This document shows, piece after piece, positions 21,025 to 31,004 of a stretch of 64,000 nucleotides of DNA (positions are counted from its first letter, which is position 1; each line of letters starts with the position of its first letter). Origin of the DNA: Terriglobia bacterium. GTDB lineage: Bacteria > Acidobacteriota > Terriglobia > Acidiferrales > UBA7541. Under the pieces are notes generated by a model that was not told where the DNA came from, did no database searches, and worked only from the letters and a program-made list of their open reading frames with translations. The position numbers and the translations under genes are program-made. The stretch covers positions 2,400,001 through 2,464,000 of the forward strand of contig OY968796.1 in the NCBI GenBank assembly GCA_963695545.1, written 5' to 3'.

Positions 21025-21663
21025 CTACCGTTTCGTTGTTGCTCCATCCAGTGGCACCAGTATCCTGGTGTCCTCACCCACGTGGACGGAGAGGAGTATT
21101 CCTGCCTTAAATTCAAGTTCTAGCTGGAATTCGCCGAATCCGTTGGTCTCCACCTCGTGTCTCGACTCGTGTTGATCCTTGTCGTGTCCGGAAACTACAA
21201 ATACGCGGGCGCCTGCTACCGCCTTGGCGTGCTTGGATGAATCGAGCACCTGGCCGGCCACCCAGACGCGGCTCGAGCCCGGTATCGCCTCGATTCTGAA
21301 ATCAACAAATATCCGCCCCGAACGATAAAGGATCACTCGCGGCGAGTGGCTCGCTGAACGGAAGCCCATCGCGGTGGACCCGGCGAAACTGTCTAGAACG
21401 AGCTCCGCCATCACGGTGAGCGGCGAGCGAATCGTCGGCAATCCGCCGAGCGCGCCGACTCCTTTCACCGTACGCACTAGATCCTCCGGAGCCTGATGCT
21501 CCGCGGCTTGCGACGCCGTACGTGCCGTGCGAGTCCAGAAATCCAGTGTGACCCTGCATTCCTTACAACCTGACGCGAGGTGTCGTTCCGCAGCTTCCCG
21601 CTCTTCCTGACTGCTGCTTCCGCGCACATAGTCGATCCATTGCTCAGCCGCAAAATGCTTCAC
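21025..21663 (-). CDS. Soluble zinc-binding anti-sigma-like protein with C-terminal beta-sandwich
   Basis: H...W.DY...ERHLASGCKEC (zf-HC2-like); no transmembrane segment; C-domain GQVLD...VAGARV...TNGFGEF; GGAGG RBS. Confidence 0.7.
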   Translation of the reverse strand: MKHFAAEQWIDYVRGSSSQEEREAAERHLASGCKECRVTLDFWTRTARTASQAAEHQAPEDLVRTVKGVGALGGLPTIRSPLTVMAELVLDSFAGSTAMGFRSASHSPRVILYRSGRIFVDFRIEAIPGSSRVWVAGQVLDSSKHAKAVAGARVFVVSGHDKDQHESRHEVETNGFGEFQLELEFKAGILLSVHVGEDTRILVPLDGATTKR

Positions 21664-21784
21664 AGTTCTCGTCCTCCGCCCGGGGGGCCTAAATGAAGTG
21701 GGGCTGACGCTGCTGCCCCTACGCTAATAAGGGCGAGCAAGCGCCCGAAAAATATAGGCCGCTCAGAAATAGTAAGGCTTTTGT

Positions 21785-24649
21785 TTACAGTATCTTACCG
21801 ACAAGAATAAACGGGGCCCAAAAGCACGGGTGGGGATGATGCTCGCGAAGCTCGATCATGGCGTACTGTAAGGCCACGGGCTTGCTCTCGCCCGCGCGCA
21901 AACGTCCGTAGAAACTTTTCATGAAATCGGCCGCAGTTTGATCGTGAATATCCCACAGTGTCAGAAGCAGGGTCTGCGCGCCTGCGCAGAGCAGCCCGCG
22001 AACAAGGCCGAGCAATTCATCACCGGCGGCAACAGCGTTCAATCCCGTCGCGCAGCCACTGAGTGCCACGAGTTCCGCAGGAAGATGCAGTTGATAAAGG
22101 TCGTAGAGATTCAGTCGCGAGTCGCCTAGGCGAATCCCGGAAAACAGCGGACTGTCGTGGCGAAATTCGCCGTGTGTGGCGATGTGAATGTAGCGGCTGG
22201 AAAGTCCGCGCTCCTTCAGCACGGCCAGCGTCGCGGCCTGGCCGACAAAACATTCGACCGAAGGGAGCACGCCTGAAACTGCGCGGACTTCGTCGAGAAT
22301 CGCCGGGGCATTTTCATCGGGAACGCCGAGAACCAGGGATTTTGTCGCTGCGCATTGCGGCTTTCGTTGAGAGAGCGCAAATAAGCTCGCGCTCGGTGCG
22401 TACGATAACGTGAACGAATCCATCAGGTACGCTGTTCCGTCGTGCAGAGCGTGAAATGGAATGTAATGTAGCGGCCCGTGAGGAACGATGATCACGTGAG
22501 AGCCCTGTAGCTTGTCGCGGATCGGCGCGATCAGTTCGTCATGAAGCCGCCGCAGGTGCGAAAGCGTCGCTTCAAGAAGCGAACTCTCAAAACGATCGGC
22601 ATATTCCTTGCCCAACCGGAATTTTGAGATCTGAAACTGCAACATGCGCAGCAAGTGCACCACTCGCGCGCCGAGGGAGACGCCGACGATCTCGATCGCA
22701 TCTCCGTGCAGCATGCACGCGACGATTTGGTCGCCGATCATGAAGTATTCGAGCAGCGTAGCGTCCGGCGGCAAGGAAGCTCGAATTGTTTCCAACGTGA
22801 CGCCCTCGCCTGATTCGAGCGTGTTCTCCTCGCTGGCCTGCATCTCGCGAATCGCCGATAGAAATTCCTCTTCGCGCGATTTCGATTGTTCTTGAAGCTT
22901 CGCAATTCGATCCGGTGAGCTTTCTTCCGGACGCAGCTGCTCGATATCGATCCGGTGGTAATACCAATTCAATTCTTCGCGAAGTTCGCGAATTCTGCGC
23001 ACCAGATCGCTTTGCCCCGTGTTATTCCCGGCCAGAATCGGTCCGCGCTGCAGCATAAGATCGGTGAGGCTGCGCGACTTTGCCTCTTCGATGCAGGCGA
23101 AGGCTTCCTCGAATCGCAGAGGGTCGGAAGAACGTTCGAGGCAGATTTCCACCAGACCTTCGTACACTCCGAGTTTGTTCTTGAGAAAAGCGATCTTTAC
23201 TTCTTCTCCTCGCAGACCGCTGCGAAGCTTTTCGAGTGCGGCGCGCGCGTGCTGAAACGATTCGTAGGCCGCCTCGTTGTTTCCACCCGCGCGATGGATT
23301 TCTCCCATCAGCGACCAGGCCTGGAACGCAAGTGGCGCGGCATCGAGCGGCTGCAGCCGTTCGAGCGCGGATCGGCACTCGCCACCCGCGGCGCGCCAAT
23401 CTCCGCTCCGGAGCGAAATCCGGGCCAGTAGCAGATCACAAAGCACGGCCTTGCCGATCAAAGCCGATGTCGAGAAAAATGAAAGAGCCTTTTGGCAGAG
23501 CCGGCGCGCTTCAAATAACCGCCCTTGTTCGCAGAGCAGCAGAGCCTGGTACAAGTCGAGCAGCCAGGGCCATACTAGATTTTTCTCGGCCACAAACTCC
23601 TTTCGCGCCGCGGTGAACAGCTCGATCGCTCGAAAGGCCTGTCCTTGCTGCCCCAGCGCGATGGCTTCGTTCGCGAGGCATTTGGCCGCCTCGTAGCCGG
23701 TGCCAACCTCCAGAAATAGCCGATGCGCGTCGTGCGCCGTCTCGACGGCCTCGCTGCTGAGGTTCAATTCCAAGTAAATTTCCGATAGATCCATGTGGCA
23801 GAGCGCAAGCTGATAGGTGTCGCCGTTCTTGCGGCACGCTTCCCGCGCAAACAGCAGACCCTGGATCGCCCGGCTGTATTCGCCGCGCAGGTAATAGAGA
23901 TAGGCGATGTTGTAATCGGCCATAGCCGTGAGCAGCGGCATGCCGCGCTTTTCGCAGAATTCACGCGCGTTTTGATATGTTTCGAGCGCGCGCGGAAAAT
24001 CATTCAGCGCAATCAGGCAAACCGCCAGATTGCTCAACACCGCAGCGATGGCTTCGTGATCGTCCCCGTTGCGCAGAAATTCGTAGGCGCGTTCGTAGCA
24101 CGCCAGGCCTTCTTCTAGACGATCCTGGCGGTGAAAAATGTTCCCGACGTTTATTTCGAGGCGCGCAATGCGCCGCGCATCGCCCAGTGCCGTAAAAATA
24201 GATCGCGCGCGATCCGCTGCGGCCAAGGCTCGTTCGTATTCTCCGAGCAAAATCATCGGTTGCAGGGAGCCGCTCAGACTGATTCCGATCTCGCGTTGGT
24301 TTCCCGCCTTTTCGTAGCTTTGCAGCGCCTGCTCGTGCAGTTCGATGGCCTCGTGATTTTTCCCAAGCGTGAACACGGCGTTGGCCTTCGCGCGCAGGCT
24401 TCGTCCGAGTGATTCCGGATTGTCAAGTTCGCGGGCGATCATCACGGCCGCATCGGCCAGCACCAGCGCAAGGTCCGCATCGATGCGCACCTGCGCGTGC
24501 ACGGCTTCCGCGAGTTGCTCGACGACCTCCGCATTTAGCAACTGTTGATGGCTCGCGAGGAATTGTTTGCGCGCCGCCTCGCTCGGAAGCTCGCTTAATT
24601 CCCGCAGGAAAGTTTGGAGAGGAGCCGAAATGTCGTTGATCGCGATCAC
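21785..24649 (-). CDS. TPR-CHAT (caspase-like) protease
   Basis: Long TPR array, then a CHAT domain with IVPHGPLHYIPF, HIATHG (His), LSGCATG (Cys), TLWDI and WAPF. Confidence 0.93.
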   Translation of the reverse strand: MIAINDISAPLQTFLRELSELPSEAARKQFLASHQQLLNAEVVEQLAEAVHAQVRIDADLALVLADAAVMIARELDNPESLGRSLRAKANAVFTLGKNHEAIELHEQALQSYEKAGNQREIGISLSGSLQPMILLGEYERALAAADRARSIFTALGDARRIARLEINVGNIFHRQDRLEEGLACYERAYEFLRNGDDHEAIAAVLSNLAVCLIALNDFPRALETYQNAREFCEKRGMPLLTAMADYNIAYLYYLRGEYSRAIQGLLFAREACRKNGDTYQLALCHMDLSEIYLELNLSSEAVETAHDAHRLFLEVGTGYEAAKCLANEAIALGQQGQAFRAIELFTAARKEFVAEKNLVWPWLLDLYQALLLCEQGRLFEARRLCQKALSFFSTSALIGKAVLCDLLLARISLRSGDWRAAGGECRSALERLQPLDAAPLAFQAWSLMGEIHRAGGNNEAAYESFQHARAALEKLRSGLRGEEVKIAFLKNKLGVYEGLVEICLERSSDPLRFEEAFACIEEAKSRSLTDLMLQRGPILAGNNTGQSDLVRRIRELREELNWYYHRIDIEQLRPEESSPDRIAKLQEQSKSREEEFLSAIREMQASEENTLESGEGVTLETIRASLPPDATLLEYFMIGDQIVACMLHGDAIEIVGVSLGARVVHLLRMLQFQISKFRLGKEYADRFESSLLEATLSHLRRLHDELIAPIRDKLQGSHVIIVPHGPLHYIPFHALHDGTAYLMDSFTLSYAPSASLFALSQRKPQCAATKSLVLGVPDENAPAILDEVRAVSGVLPSVECFVGQAATLAVLKERGLSSRYIHIATHGEFRHDSPLFSGIRLGDSRLNLYDLYQLHLPAELVALSGCATGLNAVAAGDELLGLVRGLLCAGAQTLLLTLWDIHDQTAADFMKSFYGRLRAGESKPVALQYAMIELREHHPHPCFWAPFILVGKIL

Positions 24650-25242
24650 GCGTGTCCCTGTGATTCAAGTTCCTTTCGCAACCGCTTCAGGCAGCGCCCG
24701 CGTATGAATCCGATCGATCCAGTGGCAATTCCCAGGCGCGCCGCGACTTCCGCGTACGGAAGGGCCGGCTCGTGAAAGAAAAGCATCTCCACCAGGCGCG
24801 CGCACCGAGGAGGCAGACCGGCCACGGCGTCGCGAAGAATTTGTTCCTGCTCTGCTTCCCGCAGAATCTGTTCGGAATCAAGCGCCGGGTTTCCGCGCGC
24901 CGGCGGCTCTTCGCCCTCCACTAGGTGAATTGAGCGCGATTCCAGGCGCTTCCATTGAATGCATTTGTGCGCGGACACCTGCATCAGCCACTTGGGAAGA
25001 GCTTTTGGCTCGCGGAGCGACCCGAGTTCTGAAAGTAGTTCCACGCAAACCGATTGGAAAATATCCGCCGCCGCATCCGGCCCCAATTGAAATTTGATCG
25101 GGATGGAATAGATCAAATTCTTATACTTGTCGACGAGGGCTTCCCAGGCTTCCTGGTTTCCATCGAGACATTCTCGCACCAGCCGTGTATCCGTCCATGG
25201 CGCGGTGGAGGGCAGTGCAACGTCGGTGAGAGGTGCGGTCAT
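24646..25242 (-). CDS. ECF RNA polymerase sigma factor
   Basis: DTRLVRECLDGNQEAWEALVDKY (region 2), LPPRC...YAEVAARLGIATGSIGFIRGRCL (region 4); ATG 25242 overlaps the SBP stop. Confidence 0.92.
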   Translation of the reverse strand: MTAPLTDVALPSTAPWTDTRLVRECLDGNQEAWEALVDKYKNLIYSIPIKFQLGPDAAADIFQSVCVELLSELGSLREPKALPKWLMQVSAHKCIQWKRLESRSIHLVEGEEPPARGNPALDSEQILREAEQEQILRDAVAGLPPRCARLVEMLFFHEPALPYAEVAARLGIATGSIGFIRGRCLKRLRKELESQGHA

Positions 25243-27047
25243 CGTGCCCCGCCGGCGGTGTCCTTGCGAACGAACAATTCTTCCGCGTTCCAATCCGCAT
25301 AAGGCGCAAGAATCGCGGGCTCGAAATTCCCAACGCTGTTTTTCGCCGCCAGCAATATGTTCGGACTCACCAGGAAGACAACGGGGACGTTTTGAGCGAC
25401 CAACTCCTGCACCTGATCGTAAATCTTCTTGCGCTCCGCGTACTGCGGCGAAACTTCCTGCTTGCGCATCAGTTCGTCCACTTCTGCTTCCCACGGCGTG
25501 GCCGGTTTGGTCTCCCCGAGATGCCACACGTGCGTACTGCCGTCCGACGTCCACACGTTCATTTCCGCGGTCGGGTCCGTGTCGCCGGTTCCGAGCGAGA
25601 GCAGGCACGCCTCGTAATTGAAAGTATTGAACACGCGATCCACCATGGACCGAAACTCCATCGAAACGACGTCGACATGCATCCCGAGCTGCGAAAGATC
25701 GTGCTGAATCATCGTGGCCATCTGCAGCCGTTGTGCGTTCGAGGAACTGGTGAGGATCGAGAATTCCACGGGCTGGCCGGTGCCGTCCTGAAGCGTTCCA
25801 TCGCTCTTCCAGGAAAATCCCGCTGCGGCCAGAAGTTGCCGCGCCTGTTCGAGGGATCGCGCAGGACGCGGCAGGTTTTGATCCATCCATCTCTTGTTTC
25901 CCGGCGTCACGTTGCCCCAGATCGGCGTGGCGCGCCTCTCGAAAACAAGCCGCACCATTGCGTCGCGGTCCACCGCGAGGGAAACGGCCTGCCGGAAGCG
26001 CACATCGCTGAACCAAATTTTCTTCCGAGCGATATCCGCAGGCTGATCGGAGGAAGGATCGTTCAAATTGAAAAATAGAAAGTTGTATTCGAGGCCGGGC
26101 CCAAGATCGTAAATCCTGTATCCGCCCGCATCCTTTTTTCCGTCCAGCAGACCGTAATTTTGCGCGCTGAATCGACTGAGCACATCGGTTTCGCCCGATT
26201 GGAATCGCAATACCTCCGCGTCCTCGCTGGCCACAAACAGATATGCGATCTCGTCGAGATACGGCAGGCGCTTGCCCTGGCCGTCTGTCTTCCAGTAGTA
26301 GGGATTGCGTTCCAACACAACACGTTGCCCCGGCACGTACTCCTTCAGTCGAAATGGGCCGAGCCCTGCAATTTGATTCGGAGCCACTGTCGTGCCCCAC
26401 GCGTCGCCCAACTTCCCCGCCAGGTACGCGCTCTCCAGCAGATGTTTCGGCAGGATCGCCACGCTATCGAACAGCCGTTCGGCCGCCGCATACGGCTCCG
26501 CCATCGAAAACTCCACTTGATCTTCCGCGAGCTTTCGCACCGCGATCGGTTTGTCGCCAACGATCAGCAGATCGCGCTGCGGAGAATCCACCTTCTCATC
26601 CAGATACACTTGAAAACTGAACACCACGTCATCCGCGGTAAATGGATATCCGTCGGAGAATTTCACGCCATGACGAAGTTGCAGCACGTATCGCCGGCCG
26701 TCCGGCGATACCTTCCACGATGTCGCCAGCGCAGGTTCTGTGCCTTGGGATAACCGGTTGATGTGGATCAGGTCCGCCATCATCAATCCCAGGATTTCTT
26801 TCGAAGACCCATCCACCGCGAGAACCGGATTGAATGTTTTCGGCTCGGACCGCAACGCAAAAACCAAGCGCCCTCCGAACGTGCCTTCCGGAGCCGTTGA
26901 GCGAACCAATTCTTCGGACGTTGCGGAGTCCTGCGGGGTCGGTGACGCGGCGCGCACACCCGCCAGTGCCAGCGCAGCTGCCACCAACAGGAACAGAGAT
27001 GTTCTCTTCCGGGTGGAAATGTTCTCCCTGCGCGGCGATTTATTCAC
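25239..27047 (-). CDS. Peptide/nickel ABC transporter substrate-binding protein (family 5)
   Basis: EPKTFNP, PALATSW, VKFSDGYPFTADDVVFS, GLGPFRL and RNPYYW motifs; GTG 27047 overlaps the permease stop. Confidence 0.93.
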   Translation of the reverse strand: MNKSPRRENISTRKRTSLFLLVAAALALAGVRAASPTPQDSATSEELVRSTAPEGTFGGRLVFALRSEPKTFNPVLAVDGSSKEILGLMMADLIHINRLSQGTEPALATSWKVSPDGRRYVLQLRHGVKFSDGYPFTADDVVFSFQVYLDEKVDSPQRDLLIVGDKPIAVRKLAEDQVEFSMAEPYAAAERLFDSVAILPKHLLESAYLAGKLGDAWGTTVAPNQIAGLGPFRLKEYVPGQRVVLERNPYYWKTDGQGKRLPYLDEIAYLFVASEDAEVLRFQSGETDVLSRFSAQNYGLLDGKKDAGGYRIYDLGPGLEYNFLFFNLNDPSSDQPADIARKKIWFSDVRFRQAVSLAVDRDAMVRLVFERRATPIWGNVTPGNKRWMDQNLPRPARSLEQARQLLAAAGFSWKSDGTLQDGTGQPVEFSILTSSSNAQRLQMATMIQHDLSQLGMHVDVVSMEFRSMVDRVFNTFNYEACLLSLGTGDTDPTAEMNVWTSDGSTHVWHLGETKPATPWEAEVDELMRKQEVSPQYAERKKIYDQVQELVAQNVPVVFLVSPNILLAAKNSVGNFEPAILAPYADWNAEELFVRKDTAGGAR

Positions 27048-28075
27048 GACACAACTCCACCGGCACGAGCCGCCAACACGCTCGACACGCTGTTGTATGC
27101 GAGAAATACCGGCACCAGCACGAGAGCCGGCAAATACATCCACCATTCCGTCTGCAGCACGCGCACCTGCTGCAGGCTTGCCAGCAGATTGCCCAAACTC
27201 GGAGCGGGCTCGCCCACGCCCAGCCCGAGGAACGAGAGAAACAGTTCGGCAAGAATGAACTGAGGAACCAACAACGCTGCTTGCGTCCAGATCACCGGCA
27301 TGGCTTGCGGCAAAACGTGTCGCCGGAGCAGATATGCGTCCGACGCTCCGAATCCGCGCGCCGCGCTCACAAAGTCGCGTTCCTTCGCCGCCAGCGTGAT
27401 TCCGCGCACCAGTCGCGCCGGCCGCGCCCATCCCACAATTCCGATAACCGTGATGATCAACAGGAAAGCCTGCGCCGGACTCACGTGCAGCGGCAGCGTC
27501 GCGCGTACGGCAAACAGCAAAAATAGCCACGGCACGGCCATAAATAATTCTGTCCAGCGCATGAGCAAGGAATCCACCAATCCGCCCGCGTAGCCTGCGA
27601 GTCCGCCGATCACTAAGCCGAGCAAGAGTGAAACCCCCGCAGCCAGTAGTCCTGCATATAGCGAGAGCTGCGCTCCGAACACCATCCGCGAGAAAAGATC
27701 TCTTCCGAACTCGTCTGTGCCGGCAAGGAAAATGTGCGCGGGCGCGCTCGCCCCGAACAAATGGCGATCCGCGGAAAATATTCCCAACACACGATACTCA
27801 GGTCCGCGTACAAACAATCGGATCGGATAGGTGGCGGTTTTCACTTCCTCATATTCGTCCGGATTCGTCGGCGATTCTTCGGCGGCGTAAACGAATGGCC
27901 ACGCATGCAGCTTGCCGCGCCCATCGACCAGATGAATCCGCGTCGGCGCGCTGGCGGCGAAATCACGGTCTTGCTCGGCCGGATCGTACGGCGCAAAAAA
28001 TCCGGGCACGAGCAACGCGGCATGAACTGCCGCGAGAAAGATTAGAGATGCCACGAAGATACGATTGCTCCGCAC
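27044..28075 (-). CDS. Peptide ABC transporter permease, DppC/OppC-like
   Basis: GTDEFGRDLFSR, EAA-loop FVSAARGFGAS, LSFLGLG. Confidence 0.93.
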   Translation of the reverse strand: MRSNRIFVASLIFLAAVHAALLVPGFFAPYDPAEQDRDFAASAPTRIHLVDGRGKLHAWPFVYAAEESPTNPDEYEEVKTATYPIRLFVRGPEYRVLGIFSADRHLFGASAPAHIFLAGTDEFGRDLFSRMVFGAQLSLYAGLLAAGVSLLLGLVIGGLAGYAGGLVDSLLMRWTELFMAVPWLFLLFAVRATLPLHVSPAQAFLLIITVIGIVGWARPARLVRGITLAAKERDFVSAARGFGASDAYLLRRHVLPQAMPVIWTQAALLVPQFILAELFLSFLGLGVGEPAPSLGNLLASLQQVRVLQTEWWMYLPALVLVPVFLAYNSVSSVLAARAGGVVS

Positions 28076-28076
28076 G

Positions 28077-29039
28077 CTACTCCGTCCGAATCCGCGGATC
28101 GCTCCAGCAAAGAAGCGCATCCGCAACGAGGTTTCCGGCCACGAGCAGCACCGACGAAAACATGATTCCGCCGACCACGACGTTGAGGTCCCGCGAAAAC
28201 GCCGCTTCAAGCAAGAGCGGCCCCAGACCCGGCCAGCTCAGAATCACTTCCACCAGCATGGAGGCGCTCAGCAGTGACGCCAGCGAAAATCCGAACAGCG
28301 TCAGCAACGGGTTCGCAGCCGCCGGCAATGCGTGGCGGAACAACAGCCGCCGGCGCGAAATCCCATGAGCCTTTGCGGCGCGGAAGTACGGCGCGTGGAG
28401 CACTTCGACGATCGCCGCGCGAACGTGGCGGAACAGCACGGGCAACATGATGATCACCAGCGCGATCGTTGGAATGAGCAGGTGCACCGCGAGGTCCTGA
28501 AACTTTTTAATGGGACTTAGATCCGCAAAGTCGAGAGAAACCATTCCCCCGGTCGGCAACAAGCCTGTTCGCGCGGCAAATAAAAGCAGCGCCAGTGCCA
28601 GCAAAATATCCGGCACAACGAGCATTCCCGAGGAACACAAGCTGAGCAAATGGTCTGTCCACTTTCCTTCATGTGTCGCGGCCCAGATTCCCAACGCCAA
28701 TGCCAAAAACCAACTGACCAGCGTGGCCGTTACCGTGAGCAACAAAGTGTTTCGCACTCGCACCAGCAACAGCGGCGCGACGGGTGCGTTGTATGCGAAC
28801 GATTTCCCCATATCGCCATGCGCCACGCCCGCCAGCCACTCCGCGTACCGCGCAGGCAACGATCGATTCAATCCGTATTGCGACCGCAGCGCGGCCACGG
28901 TCTCCGCGCGAACCTCGGGCTGCAGTTGCATTTCGGAAAAGAAATCCCCGGGCGCGAGCTGCATCAATGCGAAGGAGATGAACGACACACCGAGCAGCAG
29001 AAAAACGCCGTGAAGGAGGCGCCGAGTGAGATATCGCAT
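28077..29039 (-). CDS. Peptide ABC transporter permease, DppB/OppB-like
   Basis: YLTRRLL, LAPGD, RHALP, VEVILSWPGLG and DPRIR motifs. Confidence 0.93.
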   Translation of the reverse strand: MRYLTRRLLHGVFLLLGVSFISFALMQLAPGDFFSEMQLQPEVRAETVAALRSQYGLNRSLPARYAEWLAGVAHGDMGKSFAYNAPVAPLLLVRVRNTLLLTVTATLVSWFLALALGIWAATHEGKWTDHLLSLCSSGMLVVPDILLALALLLFAARTGLLPTGGMVSLDFADLSPIKKFQDLAVHLLIPTIALVIIMLPVLFRHVRAAIVEVLHAPYFRAAKAHGISRRRLLFRHALPAAANPLLTLFGFSLASLLSASMLVEVILSWPGLGPLLLEAAFSRDLNVVVGGIMFSSVLLVAGNLVADALLCWSDPRIRTE

Positions 29040-30809
29040 CTACTCGACCTCCTTCGCGGTCAGCGCGCCGGTCAAGTTCGCTTGCGCTTCATCCTCGTGC
29101 TCGCCGACTTCCGCAAAGTTCCTGTCGAGGAGTGAATCGCCGCGGCTGGATCTCGCCACAATTTGACCGTCGCGCAGTACGGCGATTTCGTCTGCGACTC
29201 GCGCCGCCAGTTCAAGATCGTGTGTGATGAATAGATATGTAAGGCCACGGTTAGCCCGCAATTCGCGGAGCAGGTCGCTCAGCTGCGCCTGCAAGAGCCG
29301 ATCAAGGCCGGAAAATGCTTCATCGAAGATCATGAACTCCGGCTCGAGGATGAGCGCACGTGCGATCGCCAGCCGCTGTCGCTGCCCGCCGCTAAATTCC
29401 GCGGGCAGGCGATCTCCTTGCGAGCGACTCAGTCCAACTTGCTCCATCATCGCGAGCGCCCGCTCCCGCCGCTCCTCTTGCGTGCCGGCACTTTCGATCG
29501 TCAGTGGTTCGGAAACGGCTTGCCACGCGCGCATCCCCGGATTTATCGAGGAGACGGGATCTTGAAAAATCAGCTGGATGCGCCGACGGTGCCGACGAAG
29601 CGCAGCGTTTGGCATGCGAGTGAGATTTTCCCCAGCGAGCCATATCTCGCCGGCGTCGGGCCTGGTCAGCATCGCCAAGCAGCGGGCCAGAGTTGACTTC
29701 CCGGATCCCGATGGGCCCACGAGCCCCACAGCGCCGCCGCGCGCGACGCGTAGACTTAAATCGCGCAGCGCCGGCACGACCACGCGCTTTCGCGAAAACA
29801 GCTGACGCCGCGAATATAGCTTGTGAACGTTGCGCGCTTCGATCAAGGATTGCTCATCGATCGAACCGGCCGCGGAAAAACTTCCTGGCGCAAGATCCAC
29901 GCTGCGAGTGGAGCGGAAGTTGGAAAGCACACCACTTGCCGGATCGTCTCCGCGCCACAATCCCGACGCGAGCAATTCGCGCGTGTATGCGTGCATCGCC
30001 CACTTCGGAAGCTGTTGCCATTCGCCCTCTTCGACGATTCGCCCGTCGTGCATGACCAGAACTCTGCTCGCCAATCGCGCCAGGACTCGCGGATCATGGC
30101 TGATCAAGAGCAGCGCCATGCGAAAGCGATCTCGCAGTTGTGCAAGCAAATCGAGAATCTCCGCCTGCACGGCCCAATCGAGCGACGCTGTCGGTTCGTC
30201 CGCGACGACGATCGCGGGCTGGCATGCGAGAGCCTGCGCGATCAACACGCGTTGTCTTTGTCCTCCGCTCAATTGATGCGGATAGGCGTCAAAAAATCGC
30301 TCGTTTCCCGAAAGGCGCACCGCTTCCAATAACGATTGCGCCTGCTCGACGCATTTCTTTCCGCTCCATGATCGCTTGTGCGCACGGATCACTTCCGCCA
30401 CCTGTGTGCCAATACGCATCACGGGGTTGAGCGCCAGGTTCGGTTCCTGGAAGATCATCGAGATCTCGGCGCCGCGAATCTCGTCCATCTCTCGCTCGCT
30501 TAAGCCGATGAGTTCGCGATCTCGAATGCGAATGGATCCGCTCACGCGGCTCTTAACGGGAAGCACTTGGAGCAGGGCTAAAGCGATGGTCGTTTTCCCG
30601 CATCCCGACGCGCCCATCAGGCCGAGGCATTCCCCAGAGTTCACTTCGAAATTGATCTGGTCTATCGCGGTGTGGGGTGTGGCGCCTGCTGGCGAATAGG
30701 AGACGCTCAAATCACGAACGCGCAGCAGCGATCCCGCTGCGTGCGAGGCATCGGTCACGGCGACACGGTTGTGGCTTCCCAAGCCCATTTGCACAAGCCG
30801 GCGTTGCAC
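29040..30809 (-). CDS. Fused double-domain peptide ABC ATPase (start uncertain; GTG 30758 is an alternative)
   Basis: Two Walker A motifs (GASGCGKT, GPSGSGKS), two signature motifs (LSGGQRQR, FSGGQRQR), DEPT/DEAF, SHD/THD. Confidence 0.93.
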   Translation of the reverse strand: MQRRLVQMGLGSHNRVAVTDASHAAGSLLRVRDLSVSYSPAGATPHTAIDQINFEVNSGECLGLMGASGCGKTTIALALLQVLPVKSRVSGSIRIRDRELIGLSEREMDEIRGAEISMIFQEPNLALNPVMRIGTQVAEVIRAHKRSWSGKKCVEQAQSLLEAVRLSGNERFFDAYPHQLSGGQRQRVLIAQALACQPAIVVADEPTASLDWAVQAEILDLLAQLRDRFRMALLLISHDPRVLARLASRVLVMHDGRIVEEGEWQQLPKWAMHAYTRELLASGLWRGDDPASGVLSNFRSTRSVDLAPGSFSAAGSIDEQSLIEARNVHKLYSRRQLFSRKRVVVPALRDLSLRVARGGAVGLVGPSGSGKSTLARCLAMLTRPDAGEIWLAGENLTRMPNAALRRHRRRIQLIFQDPVSSINPGMRAWQAVSEPLTIESAGTQEERRERALAMMEQVGLSRSQGDRLPAEFSGGQRQRLAIARALILEPEFMIFDEAFSGLDRLLQAQLSDLLRELRANRGLTYLFITHDLELAARVADEIAVLRDGQIVARSSRGDSLLDRNFAEVGEHEDEAQANLTGALTAKEVE

Positions 30810-31004
30810 GAACGCAAATGCCGCGCCTAGTCATTGTTAAGGCTAAAAATTCCCTCCTTCCAAGTCCATAGAACGACTGTCTGAGTGCTAATGTCTTAAC
30901 TTTATACATAACCTTATTATTAGCACCATGGTGCATAGAGCCCTCTCGCGTGCGTCGCGGTCCGGCCGCGCTTGATCTGCATCGCAGAGAAGGCAAAGGA
31001 AGTT

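Noticed and set aside
25243..26400. Long N-terminal extension of the ECF sigma (584-aa ORF)
   Set aside because: It is an alternative frame over the SBP gene; sigma similarity begins at ATG 25242.
27048..27530. N-terminal extension of the SBP (763-aa ORF)
   Set aside because: It overlaps the permease; the signal peptide follows GTG 27047.
30883..30927. CIRCE element
   Set aside because: The arms are in reverse order and about 28 bp apart rather than 9 bp.
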